This document shows positions 9,925-18,028 of a stretch of 64,000 nt of DNA, in pieces. The translations under genes were made by a program, and so were the position numbers. The notes beneath the pieces were generated by a model. It saw only the letters and a list, made by a program, of their open reading frames with translations, was not told the origin of the DNA and ran no database searches. Numbering within the stretch: position 1 is the first letter of the stretch; every line of letters starts with the position of its first letter. Source of the DNA: Parcubacteria bacterium C7867-006 (lineage in GTDB: Bacteria > Patescibacteriota > Minisyncoccia > Phycocordibacterales > DATDWN01). The stretch covers positions 23,160-87,159 of the forward strand of contig LFCP01000001.1 of NCBI GenBank assembly GCA_001189155.1, given 5' to 3'.

Positions 9925-10881
9925 ATGGCTTCTTTAAAGCAGTTAAAACAACAATTTCTTGAATATATAGAGATAGAAAGAGGACGTTCGGTGAAAACTG
10001 TTGAAAATTACGACCACTACCTTAGTCGTTTTTTTGAATTTATAAAAACAGACAAGCCAGAGGAGATAAAAGATGAGGTTGTGCGACAATTCAGACTTTG
10101 GCTCAACCGCCAACCAACAGGAAATACCAAAGTTCCAAATGAAACTCTCTCTAGAAAAACTCAAAACTACTATCTTATTGCAGTTAGAGCTTTTCTTAAA
10201 TATCTAGCAAGGCAGGAAATCAAATCACTTCCAGCCGAAAGGATAGAGTTAGCAAAAGTCGGAGAACGTTCACTCGATCTTATTACCGAAACAGAGCTTA
10301 ACCGTCTCCTCAATTCTCCAAAAGGTACTGATTTAAAAGATTTAAGAGATAAAGCCATTCTAGAGCTTCTTTTTTCTACCGGTTTACGAGTTTCAGAGCT
10401 ATGTTCCCTTACATCAGATATTGATTTAAGCTCTGACGAAATAAGTATCCGAGGAAAAGGAGGAAAAGTTAGAGTGGTATTTATTTCAGACGAAGCAAAA
10501 AGGCATTTAAGAGCATATCTTTCTGCTAGAAAAGATATGAATGAAGCTTTGTTTGTTCAAGTTGGTGTTGAAATAAAGAAAAAATCAATCCAGAGCAAAA
10601 ACGGAGTTAAGAAAAATGGAGAAAAAGAAATCGGAGCCTTAACTAAGCGTTCTATAGAGAGAATTGTAAAACAACACGCCACAAAAGCTGGTATTTCTAA
10701 AAAAGTTACCCCGCATACCATAAGACACCTTTTTGCTACAGGGCTTCTTTCAAATGGTGCAGATATTCGGTCAGTTCAAGCAATGCTTGGACATTCGAGT
10801 ATTGTCACAACACAGATATATACTCATGTTACTGATAAACATTTAAAAGATATTCACAAGAAGTTTCATAAAAAGAACTAA
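9925..10881 (+). CDS. xerC: Tyrosine recombinase XerC/XerD family
   Basis: SAM-like N-terminal domain. C-terminal catalytic motifs HTIRHLFAT...LGHSSIVTTQIYTHV. Carries an internal Lys-rich insertion. Confidence 0.85.
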   Translation: MASLKQLKQQFLEYIEIERGRSVKTVENYDHYLSRFFEFIKTDKPEEIKDEVVRQFRLWLNRQPTGNTKVPNETLSRKTQNYYLIAVRAFLKYLARQEIKSLPAERIELAKVGERSLDLITETELNRLLNSPKGTDLKDLRDKAILELLFSTGLRVSELCSLTSDIDLSSDEISIRGKGGKVRVVFISDEAKRHLRAYLSARKDMNEALFVQVGVEIKKKSIQSKNGVKKNGEKEIGALTKRSIERIVKQHATKAGISKKVTPHTIRHLFATGLLSNGADIRSVQAMLGHSSIVTTQIYTHVTDKHLKDIHKKFHKKN

Positions 10882-10898
10882 GTTGATACAATAACTTT

Positions 10899-11696
10899 AT
10901 GAAAATTATCTCTTGGAATGTTAATGGAATAAGAGCAGTTCATAAAAAAGACCTATTTGTGCCTTTTGTTGAAAAATACAAGCCGGATTTGCTTTGTTTG
11001 CAGGAAACTAAGGCACAGGAATATCAAAGTGAAGTAGATTTGCCAGAATATGAGGAATATTGGAACTCTGCAGAAAGAAAAGGTTATAGTGGTACAGCTA
11101 TATTTACCAAAGAAAAACCCCTCTCTATATTACTAGGTTTGCCAGAGAAGATTACTAAAAAATATGATTGGAATGAAAACGGATATGGTGATCCAAATAC
11201 AGAGGGTCGTGTTACTACTTTGGAATACAATGATTTCTACATAGTGACTGTCTATACTCCGAACGCAAAAGATGACCTCTCTCGCCTATCTCTTCGTCAC
11301 AAACAATGGGACCCAGCTTTTCTGGCTTATGTTAAAGAGTTAGATAAAAAGAAACCAGTTATATTTTGTGGAGATTTAAATGTTGCTCACACAGAAGATG
11401 ATCTTGCTAGACCAAAAGATAATATTGGTAAAAAAGGTTTTACAAATGAAGAACGCGAAGGAATACAGAAAATGATAGATGAAAATTTTGTAGATACTTT
11501 TAGAATTTTTACAAAAGGAAACGGGTATTACACATGGTGGAGTCATTTTGCAAACGCTCGAGAAAGAAATATTGGTTGGAGAATTGATTATATTTTTGTT
11601 AGTAAAAGACTAGAAGGAAAAGTCAAAAAAGCGTTGATACATAAGGATGTTTTTGGTTCTGACCACTGCCCTGTTGAGTTAGATATTTCTATATAA
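10899..11696 (+). CDS. xth: Exodeoxyribonuclease III (AP endonuclease)
   Basis: IISWNVNGIR, LCLQETK and GDLNVAH...SDHCPV motifs. Confidence 0.9.
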   Translation: MKIISWNVNGIRAVHKKDLFVPFVEKYKPDLLCLQETKAQEYQSEVDLPEYEEYWNSAERKGYSGTAIFTKEKPLSILLGLPEKITKKYDWNENGYGDPNTEGRVTTLEYNDFYIVTVYTPNAKDDLSRLSLRHKQWDPAFLAYVKELDKKKPVIFCGDLNVAHTEDDLARPKDNIGKKGFTNEEREGIQKMIDENFVDTFRIFTKGNGYYTWWSHFANARERNIGWRIDYIFVSKRLEGKVKKALIHKDVFGSDHCPVELDISI

Positions 11697-12053
11697 GACT
11701 TAAAATAATTTAAGGTTATCCACACATTTGTCTCACATTGTCCTTTACTTGTCTTTTAAAAAAACATAAAATGAATTTCAGAACGAGATTATAAATTCGA
11801 TAAACCCCGGATGGACATTCTCAATTGTTCTTTCATATTGTGCTTGAGAGGTGCGCACCTCTCCCCTTGGAAGACACTTTCTGGTTAAGGTGGTGTTGTT
11901 CGATCAACTCATCCCCAACCTTATCTATATTTTTTAGCTTGTGATGCTGTTATCCGCATCATTCTTTGCTGGAGTGATCTTTCTCTCTTCAACCGCCCAA
12001 TGACGAGTGCCTGTGTAAAGATAACACACGGACCCCCTTTATTGGGCGGTTTT

Positions 12054-13520
12054 TTATTTAACGTGATGACTAGAACGGATTTTTTTGATTTCCTCTTCGT
12101 CAGCTTCTTCTTTAGACATTTTACCTTTTTCTCCAAGTGCCTCAAGTTCCTTAATCGGTAAATTAACTAGTATTTTAGCCTTATTTTCCAAATATTCAGC
12201 TGTATTTTTTTTTGGATCTTCTAAAACTTCCTCTAGTAACGCATGCAAAATATAACCAATTTTGGGTCCTGGAGTAATTTCTGTAACTTCCATTATTTTT
12301 TTACCATCAATCTTTAACATTCCAACAGAAATTGGGTCACGAAGAGCCTCTTCTATCATCGCATGATATTTTCGGAGACGGTAGGGGTCTTCTTTGGGTC
12401 TACCAGTCCCTATACGGTCGCATATGCGTAGATTCATCAAATCCCATATATTCTCTCGTCCAACATTTACAATCATTCTACGGACCGCTGAGAGCGTTAT
12501 TTGCTCTGTGTCAGAAAAGAACATATGCCAACGGACCATATTGGTAACTTTTTCAATAATTTTTGTTGGATATTTGAGATTCGTAAGGATTTTTTTTGTA
12601 GTTCTTGCTCCAAGTACTTCATGACCATAAAAAGTCCAAGTATCTTGTTCTTTCCCCCATCTTCTAGATTCCGGTTTAGAAATATCGTGGAATAGAGCCG
12701 CCAAACGGAGATCTAGGGGGTATTTTTTATCAGCAGCTCCCTGCAAAGAACGTAGTAAATGTTCCCAAACATGATATGAGTGTGCCCTGTTTTGCTCTAC
12801 TCCCACAGTTTTTTCTAATTCAGGAACAATGTAAGGTAATAAACCTAGTTTTTTTATGGCCAATAAACCATCCATTGGTCTATCGGACATAATTATTTTT
12901 GTGAATTCATCTCTTACTCTCTCCATTGAGATGTTTTTCAAGAGCTCTGCATTTTCAAATATAGCTTTTTCAGTGTTAGCTTCTATTTCAAAGCCTAATT
13001 CAGCTGAAAATCTAACTGCACGCAGTATTCGAAGACCATCTTCCTTAAAACGACTAACAGAATCCCCTACAGTTCTGATTATTTTATTTTCTATGTCATT
13101 TTGTCCCCCAAATAGGTCAATTATCTCTTTTTTTGATGTAGAGTAAGCCAAAGAGTTCATTGTGAAGTCCCTTCTTTTTAGATCATCTTCTATTTTTTGG
13201 CTAAAAATAACGGTATCAGGGTGTCTATTGTCGGAATATTCCCCTTCTATTCTGTATGGAGTAACTTCAATAACAGTAAGGGTTGGATCAGTTGTTTCCT
13301 CGTTTACAACCCCGACTGTTCCAAAGGTATTTTCGTAAAAAGTCTTTGGAAATAAAGCGATAATCTCATCTGGTTTTGCATTTGTTGTAATATCCCAATC
13401 CTTTGGAGTTTTATTTAACAAAAGATCTCTTACGCATCCACCTACGACAAAAGCCTCAAAACCATCTTTTTCAAGTTGCTCTGTTACATATGAAACTTCT
13501 GTTGGAATTGAGAATGTCAT
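12054..13520 (-). CDS. cca: CCA-adding tRNA nucleotidyltransferase with an HD domain
   Basis: GGCVRDLLL...DWD polymerase-beta motif plus an HD motif (HD..K); 488 aa. Confidence 0.85.
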   Translation of the reverse strand: MTFSIPTEVSYVTEQLEKDGFEAFVVGGCVRDLLLNKTPKDWDITTNAKPDEIIALFPKTFYENTFGTVGVVNEETTDPTLTVIEVTPYRIEGEYSDNRHPDTVIFSQKIEDDLKRRDFTMNSLAYSTSKKEIIDLFGGQNDIENKIIRTVGDSVSRFKEDGLRILRAVRFSAELGFEIEANTEKAIFENAELLKNISMERVRDEFTKIIMSDRPMDGLLAIKKLGLLPYIVPELEKTVGVEQNRAHSYHVWEHLLRSLQGAADKKYPLDLRLAALFHDISKPESRRWGKEQDTWTFYGHEVLGARTTKKILTNLKYPTKIIEKVTNMVRWHMFFSDTEQITLSAVRRMIVNVGRENIWDLMNLRICDRIGTGRPKEDPYRLRKYHAMIEEALRDPISVGMLKIDGKKIMEVTEITPGPKIGYILHALLEEVLEDPKKNTAEYLENKAKILVNLPIKELEALGEKGKMSKEEADEEEIKKIRSSHHVK

Positions 13521-13572
13521 TTAAGTTTAATTATAGACCACTTTGTAGATTTATAGTATAGTAGTTTACTAA

Positions 13573-13644
13573 TGCACCCGTAGCTCAACGGATAGAGTAC
13601 CGGTCTTCGGAACCGTGGATGTGGGTTCGATTCCTGCCGGGTGC
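13573..13644 (+). tRNA. tRNA-Arg (anticodon TCG); no encoded CCA
   Basis: Manual fold: acceptor GCACCCG/CGGGUGC, GGUUCGAUUCC T-arm, anticodon loop CUUCGGA. Confidence 0.8.
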
Positions 13645-13797
13645 ACAATTTGTTTTTATAGTGCGGGATACACGACTCGGAAACCCAAGGTTTTCCGACG
13701 CTCGTTTCACTCGCTGCCTTCCTCCACGGAAAACTACCGTTTTCCGACCCTTTCCCACCGCTACCCACACAAAACATTCGCTATGCTCATTTATTTG

Positions 13798-13868
13798 TGC
13801 GGGTAGCGGTAATCGAAACCGCGTCTCGTCCTTGGCAAGGACGTGTTCTACCACTAAACCATACCCGC
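13798..13868 (-). tRNA. tRNA-Gly (anticodon GCC)
   Basis: Minus-strand GCGGGUA acceptor, anticodon loop UUGCCAA, T-loop UUCGAUU. Confidence 0.8.
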
Positions 13869-14173
13869 AATATTTGAACTTTATCATCATATACTAAAGC
13901 TTTTAAAATTAAAAGAGGTGGACTTATCCCCTAGTTTTTGTGGAAAACTGTGGATAAGTCTGGGGACATGTGTATTAAAGACAGGTCTTTGACTAGTGTC
14001 AATTTTTGAGACATTTCTCTGTCTCTATCCGAGATATGGCTCTAAATAAGGTTATTTTTACAGACATATGTCTCTATTCTGTCTGTTTTTTAGAAATATA
14101 GATAAATGTTTCACGTGAAATATATAAATAAGGTTACATGTGTAACAACCAGGGTTAGAGTTATAATATAGCA

Positions 14174-14632
14174 ATGTATAACAAAAACTTCTTCAAAGAA
14201 CCAACAGAAAAACAAAAAATTGGCCAGATAGGGGAAGATTCTGCTTGTAAATGGCTAGAAAAGGAGGGTTACAGGGTTATTGAGAGGAACTATCTAAAGA
14301 AGTGGGGAGAGATAGATATTGTTGCCACAAAGGGAAATAAGATCCATTTTATTGAGGTCAAAAGTGTTTCTAGAAACTTATCTGATGTTACACATGTAAC
14401 CTCAGTAGCAGAGCAGAGCTCGCTAATGGGCAGGCAATCAGAGGGGGATTATAGGGCAGAGGATAATATGCATCCATGGAAACTAAAAAGGTTGGGCAGG
14501 GCAGTTCAATCATATTTTCTGGATAGAAATGTTTCAGATGAAACAGATTGGCAGTTTGATATTGTAACTGTTCATATAGATATGTCTAAAAGACTAAGTC
14601 GTGTCTTTTTTATTCCAGATATTGTTTTATAG
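14174..14632 (+). CDS. yraN: YraN/UPF0102 family endonuclease-like protein
   Basis: GEDSACKWLEKEGYRVIERNY...EIDIVA...IHFIEVK and a C-terminal WQFDIVTV; carries an extra internal ~35-aa insert. Confidence 0.7.
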   Translation: MYNKNFFKEPTEKQKIGQIGEDSACKWLEKEGYRVIERNYLKKWGEIDIVATKGNKIHFIEVKSVSRNLSDVTHVTSVAEQSSLMGRQSEGDYRAEDNMHPWKLKRLGRAVQSYFLDRNVSDETDWQFDIVTVHIDMSKRLSRVFFIPDIVL

Positions 14633-14691
14633 GCTTTTTATTTGTTATTTGAATTTTTTGTGATAGACTCTATTCTGTATTTGTCGGTATT

Positions 14692-14733
14692 CGGAGTGTA
14701 GTGTAACGGCTAACATTCCTTTTTGGGGAAGTG
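14692..14733 (+). repeat. Degenerate copy of the tRNA-Pro 5' half (acceptor through anticodon stem), 59 nt upstream of the intact gene
   Basis: 29/29 nt identical to 14751..14779 (cggagtgtagtgtaacggctaacattcct), then diverging. Confidence 0.7.
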
Positions 14734-14750
14734 ATCTTTGAAAATTGCGT

Positions 14751-14823
14751 CGGAGTGTAGTGTAACGGCTAACATTCCTGTTTTGGGAACAGGCGACTCC
14801 GGGTTCGAATCCCGGCACTCCGA
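14751..14823 (+). tRNA. tRNA-Pro (anticodon TGG)
   Basis: Acceptor CGGAGUG/CACUCCG, anticodon loop UUUGGGA, T-arm CCGGGUUCGAAUCCCGG, discriminator A. Confidence 0.8.
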
Positions 14824-14876
14824 CGGAATTTTTAAAATCAATTCCAGAAACATGTTATGTTTCTGTGGTCCGCAGG

Positions 14877-14911
14877 AAGGCGACTCCGGGTTCGAATCCC
14901 GGCACTCCGAC
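14877..14911 (+). repeat. Direct repeat of the tRNA-Pro 3' end (variable loop, T-arm and acceptor 3' strand), 55 nt downstream of the gene
   Basis: ggcgactccgggttcgaatcccggcactccgac is identical to 14790..14822. Confidence 0.75.
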
Positions 14912-14919
14912 AATTTAAA

Positions 14920-15225
14920 ATGGTTTTTATTCGTAAAACTGAAGATTTTACTTGCGAGCATTGCGGATTTTTTGTAGAAGGCAATGGTTACACTAATCAC
15001 TGTCCTCAATGCCTGTATTCAAAACATGTTGATATAAACCCTGGAGATAGGTTGGCTACTTGTGGGGGATTGATGAAACCTATTGGAATAGAAAAGAAAG
15101 GTAAAGAATATATAATTAAACACAAATGTGTTAAATGTGGTTTTGAAAAACCAAATAAGGCAGTAAAGGAGGATAGTTTTGATATGATAGTTCAGATTTC
15201 TGCCAGCAGTCTTTCGAAGATTTAG
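14920..15225 (+). CDS. RNHCP-domain zinc-ribbon protein
   Basis: CEHCGF...NGYTNHCPQCLYSKHVD...GDRLATCGGLM...CVKCG matches the RNHCP domain pattern. The start is taken at Met 14920, inside the longer listed ORF. Confidence 0.65.
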   Translation: MVFIRKTEDFTCEHCGFFVEGNGYTNHCPQCLYSKHVDINPGDRLATCGGLMKPIGIEKKGKEYIIKHKCVKCGFEKPNKAVKEDSFDMIVQISASSLSKI

Positions 15226-15418
15226 TTTTCCAGAGACTGCGGAAGTAATTAGCAATTAACGACGAAGATAAAGTAAGCCCGAAGCATTGTTTGAGCACTA
15301 GTAATCTAGGCGAGTTTGCGAGAGGGCTACGTATCGAGAAGATTAATTGCTTGATTGCTGAGCGAGAGGAAAATTCTAGCAAGAATTTATCCGTGCTCTG
15401 GAAAACTAAATCGGAGTA

Positions 15419-16546
15419 TTATTTATTTAACTCGTCGGTTATTAGTTTTGTTAGTTCTGGTGCTGTGGTGCTTGCAAACATTTTTGCAAAATCTCCTGGA
15501 TCCTGAGATAGGAATTGAGCAAAATTAATTTTCAGCTCTCTTTGTAGGTCTCTGTTTATGTATGCGAGAGTTATAGCATTTAAACCTCTTTGGCTTGTTG
15601 TATCTCCGTCTGAACTAGTAGATATAACACCTATGAGTGTAGCTTTTTTATCAACTACGAGTCCTCCAGATGAGCCCTTTTGAGAAACAATTGTGCCTCC
15701 GACCGAAATAATATCAATAGTTCCATCTTTGAAAGTATAAACATCTTGAATATTTGTTATTGAGCTTGTTATATTCAGATTTTGCAGTATTGATAATCCA
15801 CCTAAAAATCCAGCAGGGTAGGAGACAAGTATTACTGGTTCATTTATCTCTATATTTTCACGAACATTCATAGTTATAAACGGTAACTGCTCTGGAAGGT
15901 TTGAGTTGTCTATCATTTTTGTTATTCGCAAGAAAGCAAAATCATCTTCGCCCGTACCTTTTGGATTTTGTTCTTTTAGTTCTGTTTTGTTATTTGCTAC
16001 CCAAGTAGGGGATATGTAAACCAGTTCCAAGTTGTATGTTGGGTATGCGGGGCTTCCTGTTCTAGCAACACATTGAATAAAATCTTTTTCTCTATAATCT
16101 TTTAGTAATAAATATTGTGCTACGTGTGCGTTGGTTAATATAAGACCGTTCGGTTCAACTATGGCTCCGGTCCCAGATATTGGGTTTAACTCTCCACCTT
16201 TCGTTGTACACAAAATATTCACTGTAGCTTTTCTAGCAAAAGTGTTTATTGCTTCAAAATCTGGTGTAGGTTCAGGAGCTTTTGGGATTTGGGGTTGGAC
16301 AACTACTTCCGGTGTTGTTTTTTGAACCTCTGCCGGCTTTTTTACTGTAGTTTTTTTAGTCTCTGTTGTAGTGGGTTTGGTGTCTTTTATTGTTTTTATT
16401 ATTGAAGATGTTGCTATCGCAATTGTGTTTGTTGTGGTTGCTTGGATAGAAATAGGTTCTTCTGGAGCAACATACACTTTAGTGTTTGTTCCTCCCAGAA
16501 ACATTAAGTGGGCCAATATGAAAGATATGACTGTTTTAATAAACAT
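15419..16546 (-). CDS. Secreted trypsin-like (S1 family) serine protease with a Thr-rich linker
   Basis: N-terminal signal/TM segment. LILTNAHV (His region) and GSSGGLVV (Ser region). Confidence 0.65.
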   Translation of the reverse strand: MFIKTVISFILAHLMFLGGTNTKVYVAPEEPISIQATTTNTIAIATSSIIKTIKDTKPTTTETKKTTVKKPAEVQKTTPEVVVQPQIPKAPEPTPDFEAINTFARKATVNILCTTKGGELNPISGTGAIVEPNGLILTNAHVAQYLLLKDYREKDFIQCVARTGSPAYPTYNLELVYISPTWVANNKTELKEQNPKGTGEDDFAFLRITKMIDNSNLPEQLPFITMNVRENIEINEPVILVSYPAGFLGGLSILQNLNITSSITNIQDVYTFKDGTIDIISVGGTIVSQKGSSGGLVVDKKATLIGVISTSSDGDTTSQRGLNAITLAYINRDLQRELKINFAQFLSQDPGDFAKMFASTTAPELTKLITDELNK

Positions 16547-16632
16547 TGGTTAATTATAGCACTTTAGTTATAGTACTCATTTGATAGAGGATTTATTTTC
16601 TGGTATGATGGCCTAGTTGAGATAGTGAATAT

Positions 16633-16703
16633 GCGGGATTAGTTTATCGGTAAAACGACAGTTTTCCAAACTGTAGTGAGCGGTTCGACTCCGCTATCCC
16701 GCA
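16633..16703 (+). tRNA. tRNA-Gly (anticodon TCC)
   Basis: Acceptor GCGGGAU/AUCCCGC, anticodon loop UUUCCAA, T-arm AGCGGUUCGACUCCGCU. Confidence 0.8.
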
Positions 16704-16749
16704 CAGACGAAAGGCCCCTCGAAAGAGGCGGCCTTTCGCTTTTAGCGGG

Positions 16750-16960
16750 ATAGCGGAGAGAGGGGTCGGGAGAGGATACTCTCCCGTGGAGGAAGGTGAG
16801 GTTGGGATGGGACCCAACCGCAAGACCTTTTTCAGGTATTTTATGAGCAGAGCGAAATAAAATACCGAAAAGGTGTACTGCTCCTGTAAGGAGGGGAGTA
16901 TTTAAAACCGCCGGTTTCCCAGCCCGCGTATTCCCGCACTTTACAATTATTTTTGTAATG
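16750..16960 (+). other. GC-rich structured non-coding element bracketed by tRNA-Gly-like 5' and 3' end sequences
   Basis: Starts GCGGGAUAGCGG (compare tRNA 5' GCGGGAUUAG) and ends UAUUCCCGCAC (compare tRNA 3' UAUCCCGCACA). Internal hairpins GGGAGAG-GAUA-CUCUCCC, GGUUGGG..CCCAACC and GGUAUUUUAU..AUAAAAUACC. Preceded by a 13-bp terminator hairpin at 16706-16745. Confidence 0.3.
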
Positions 16961-16973
16961 ATAAAGTTCGTTT

Positions 16974-17594
16974 ATGTTAACAGCAACAAGTACAGAATTT
17001 ATACTCCTTTCTCGTCAGGTAGATTATTTGAATAATTCATTTAATTGGGTTGTGGGTGGAATTGGTGTAGTAATTACAATTGTAATTGGAGTTATTGGTC
17101 TGACCCAGTTTTTTTACAATAGAAAATTGATTTCACAAGAATCAGAGGTAATAAAGAAAGATCTTGCTGATGTTGTAAATAAGATAGTGGACGATAAGGC
17201 GCTAAGTTTGCAATCATTTATCGAGGAAAGCATTGCAGATGTAAGGATGGAGTTGGAACTTCAAAAGAAATCAATGGGAGGTGATATTGCAAGAAGTTAC
17301 GCTCTTTCGTGTGAAAAAGATGATCTTCATGCCACTGCATTTAATTGGTGGCTTTCTGCTGCAGAAAATTATGATTCTAGAAATAATGGTTTGTTGCCAA
17401 TGACTATTAAATCAGCAAAAGATTGTCTGGAAAAGATAGTAGCCGGTGATAGTTTTAATATAAAAATATTGTGGGATAAAATGACAGATAATCAGGAAAA
17501 AATAGCTAGACTAAAAATAAAGCACCCCACAGAGGCAAAATTACTTGAAGATTTAATGATGGCGAAAGCTAGTCTTTCAGAAACAAAACTTTAA
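16974..17594 (+). CDS. Hypothetical membrane-anchored protein
   Basis: 206-aa ORF with one N-terminal TM segment (VVGGIGVVITIVIGVIGLTQFF). Confidence 0.5.
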   Translation: MLTATSTEFILLSRQVDYLNNSFNWVVGGIGVVITIVIGVIGLTQFFYNRKLISQESEVIKKDLADVVNKIVDDKALSLQSFIEESIADVRMELELQKKSMGGDIARSYALSCEKDDLHATAFNWWLSAAENYDSRNNGLLPMTIKSAKDCLEKIVAGDSFNIKILWDKMTDNQEKIARLKIKHPTEAKLLEDLMMAKASLSETKL

Positions 17595-17607
17595 TATTTA
17601 ACCAATC

Positions 17608-17637
17608 AAAAAAGAGCTCAATTGAGCTCTTTTTTGA
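17608..17637. terminator. Bidirectional intrinsic terminator between the 16974 ORF and hup
   Basis: aaaaaagagctcaattgagctctttttt: an 8-bp perfect palindrome flanked by A6 and T6. Confidence 0.75.
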
Positions 17638-17656
17638 TTTCTCTCGAGAGAAATGT

Positions 17657-17929
17657 CTATTTTACGGCCTCCTTCAAAGCCTTAGCAGCTCTGAATTTCG
17701 GAACCTTCATTGAAGGAACTGAGATAGTCTCTCCAGTTCTAGGGTTTCGAGCCTGTCTTGCAGCTCGAGTCTTTGTTGAGAAGATACCTAGACCAGCTAT
17801 TGATACCTCACCACCTTTTTTAAGTGTTGAGACAATTGAGTCGATCATTGTATCTACAACCTCCTCCGCCTGAACTTTCGTACCACCTAGTTTCGCATGT
17901 ACTGCGTCAACAATTGCTTGTTTATTCAT
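17657..17929 (-). CDS. hup: DNA-binding protein HU
   Basis: MNKQAIVDAV...GFGIFSTKTRAARQARNPRTGETI; 90 aa. Confidence 0.9.
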   Translation of the reverse strand: MNKQAIVDAVHAKLGGTKVQAEEVVDTMIDSIVSTLKKGGEVSIAGLGIFSTKTRAARQARNPRTGETISVPSMKVPKFRAAKALKEAVK

Positions 17930-18028
17930 GATGATAAAAATTAACTACACTTATAAATCCATACCTTATCTATAAAGGTATTATATATTAAGGCTTTTTT
18001 AACGCAACATCTAGACAAATGTCAATTT

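Noticed and set aside
9925-10881. xerC as a prophage or island integrase associated with cassette A
   Set aside because: Its sequence fits the chromosomal XerC/D dimer-resolution type. No phage structural genes, att repeats or other island genes flank it, and cassette A is only 250 bp. The linkage is noted but not supported.
11800-12056. GC-richer segment with the GAGAGGUG-CG-CACCUCUC hairpin and a CCGCCCAAU...AUUGGGCGG + U6 terminator downstream of xth, as a possible sRNA
   Set aside because: A plus-strand intrinsic terminator is clear, but the upstream part lacks a convincing conserved fold. It is more simply explained as a long xth 3' UTR and terminator, so it was left unannotated as an RNA.
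11715-13950. Perfect DnaA boxes (TTATCCACA at 11715 and 13941; near-box at 19937) as a possible oriC
   Set aside because: They are isolated single boxes with no cluster and no dnaA/dnaN nearby. The expected chance frequency is about 0.5-1 per 64 kb of AT-rich DNA.
13517-15009. Several 60-100-aa ORFs (13517..13777-, 13585..13890-, 13615..13806+, 14710..15009-, 14738..14977+) overlapping the tRNA genes
   Set aside because: They overlap well-folded tRNA-Arg, tRNA-Gly and tRNA-Pro and their repeats; they are GC-rich, RNA-derived open frames, not proteins.
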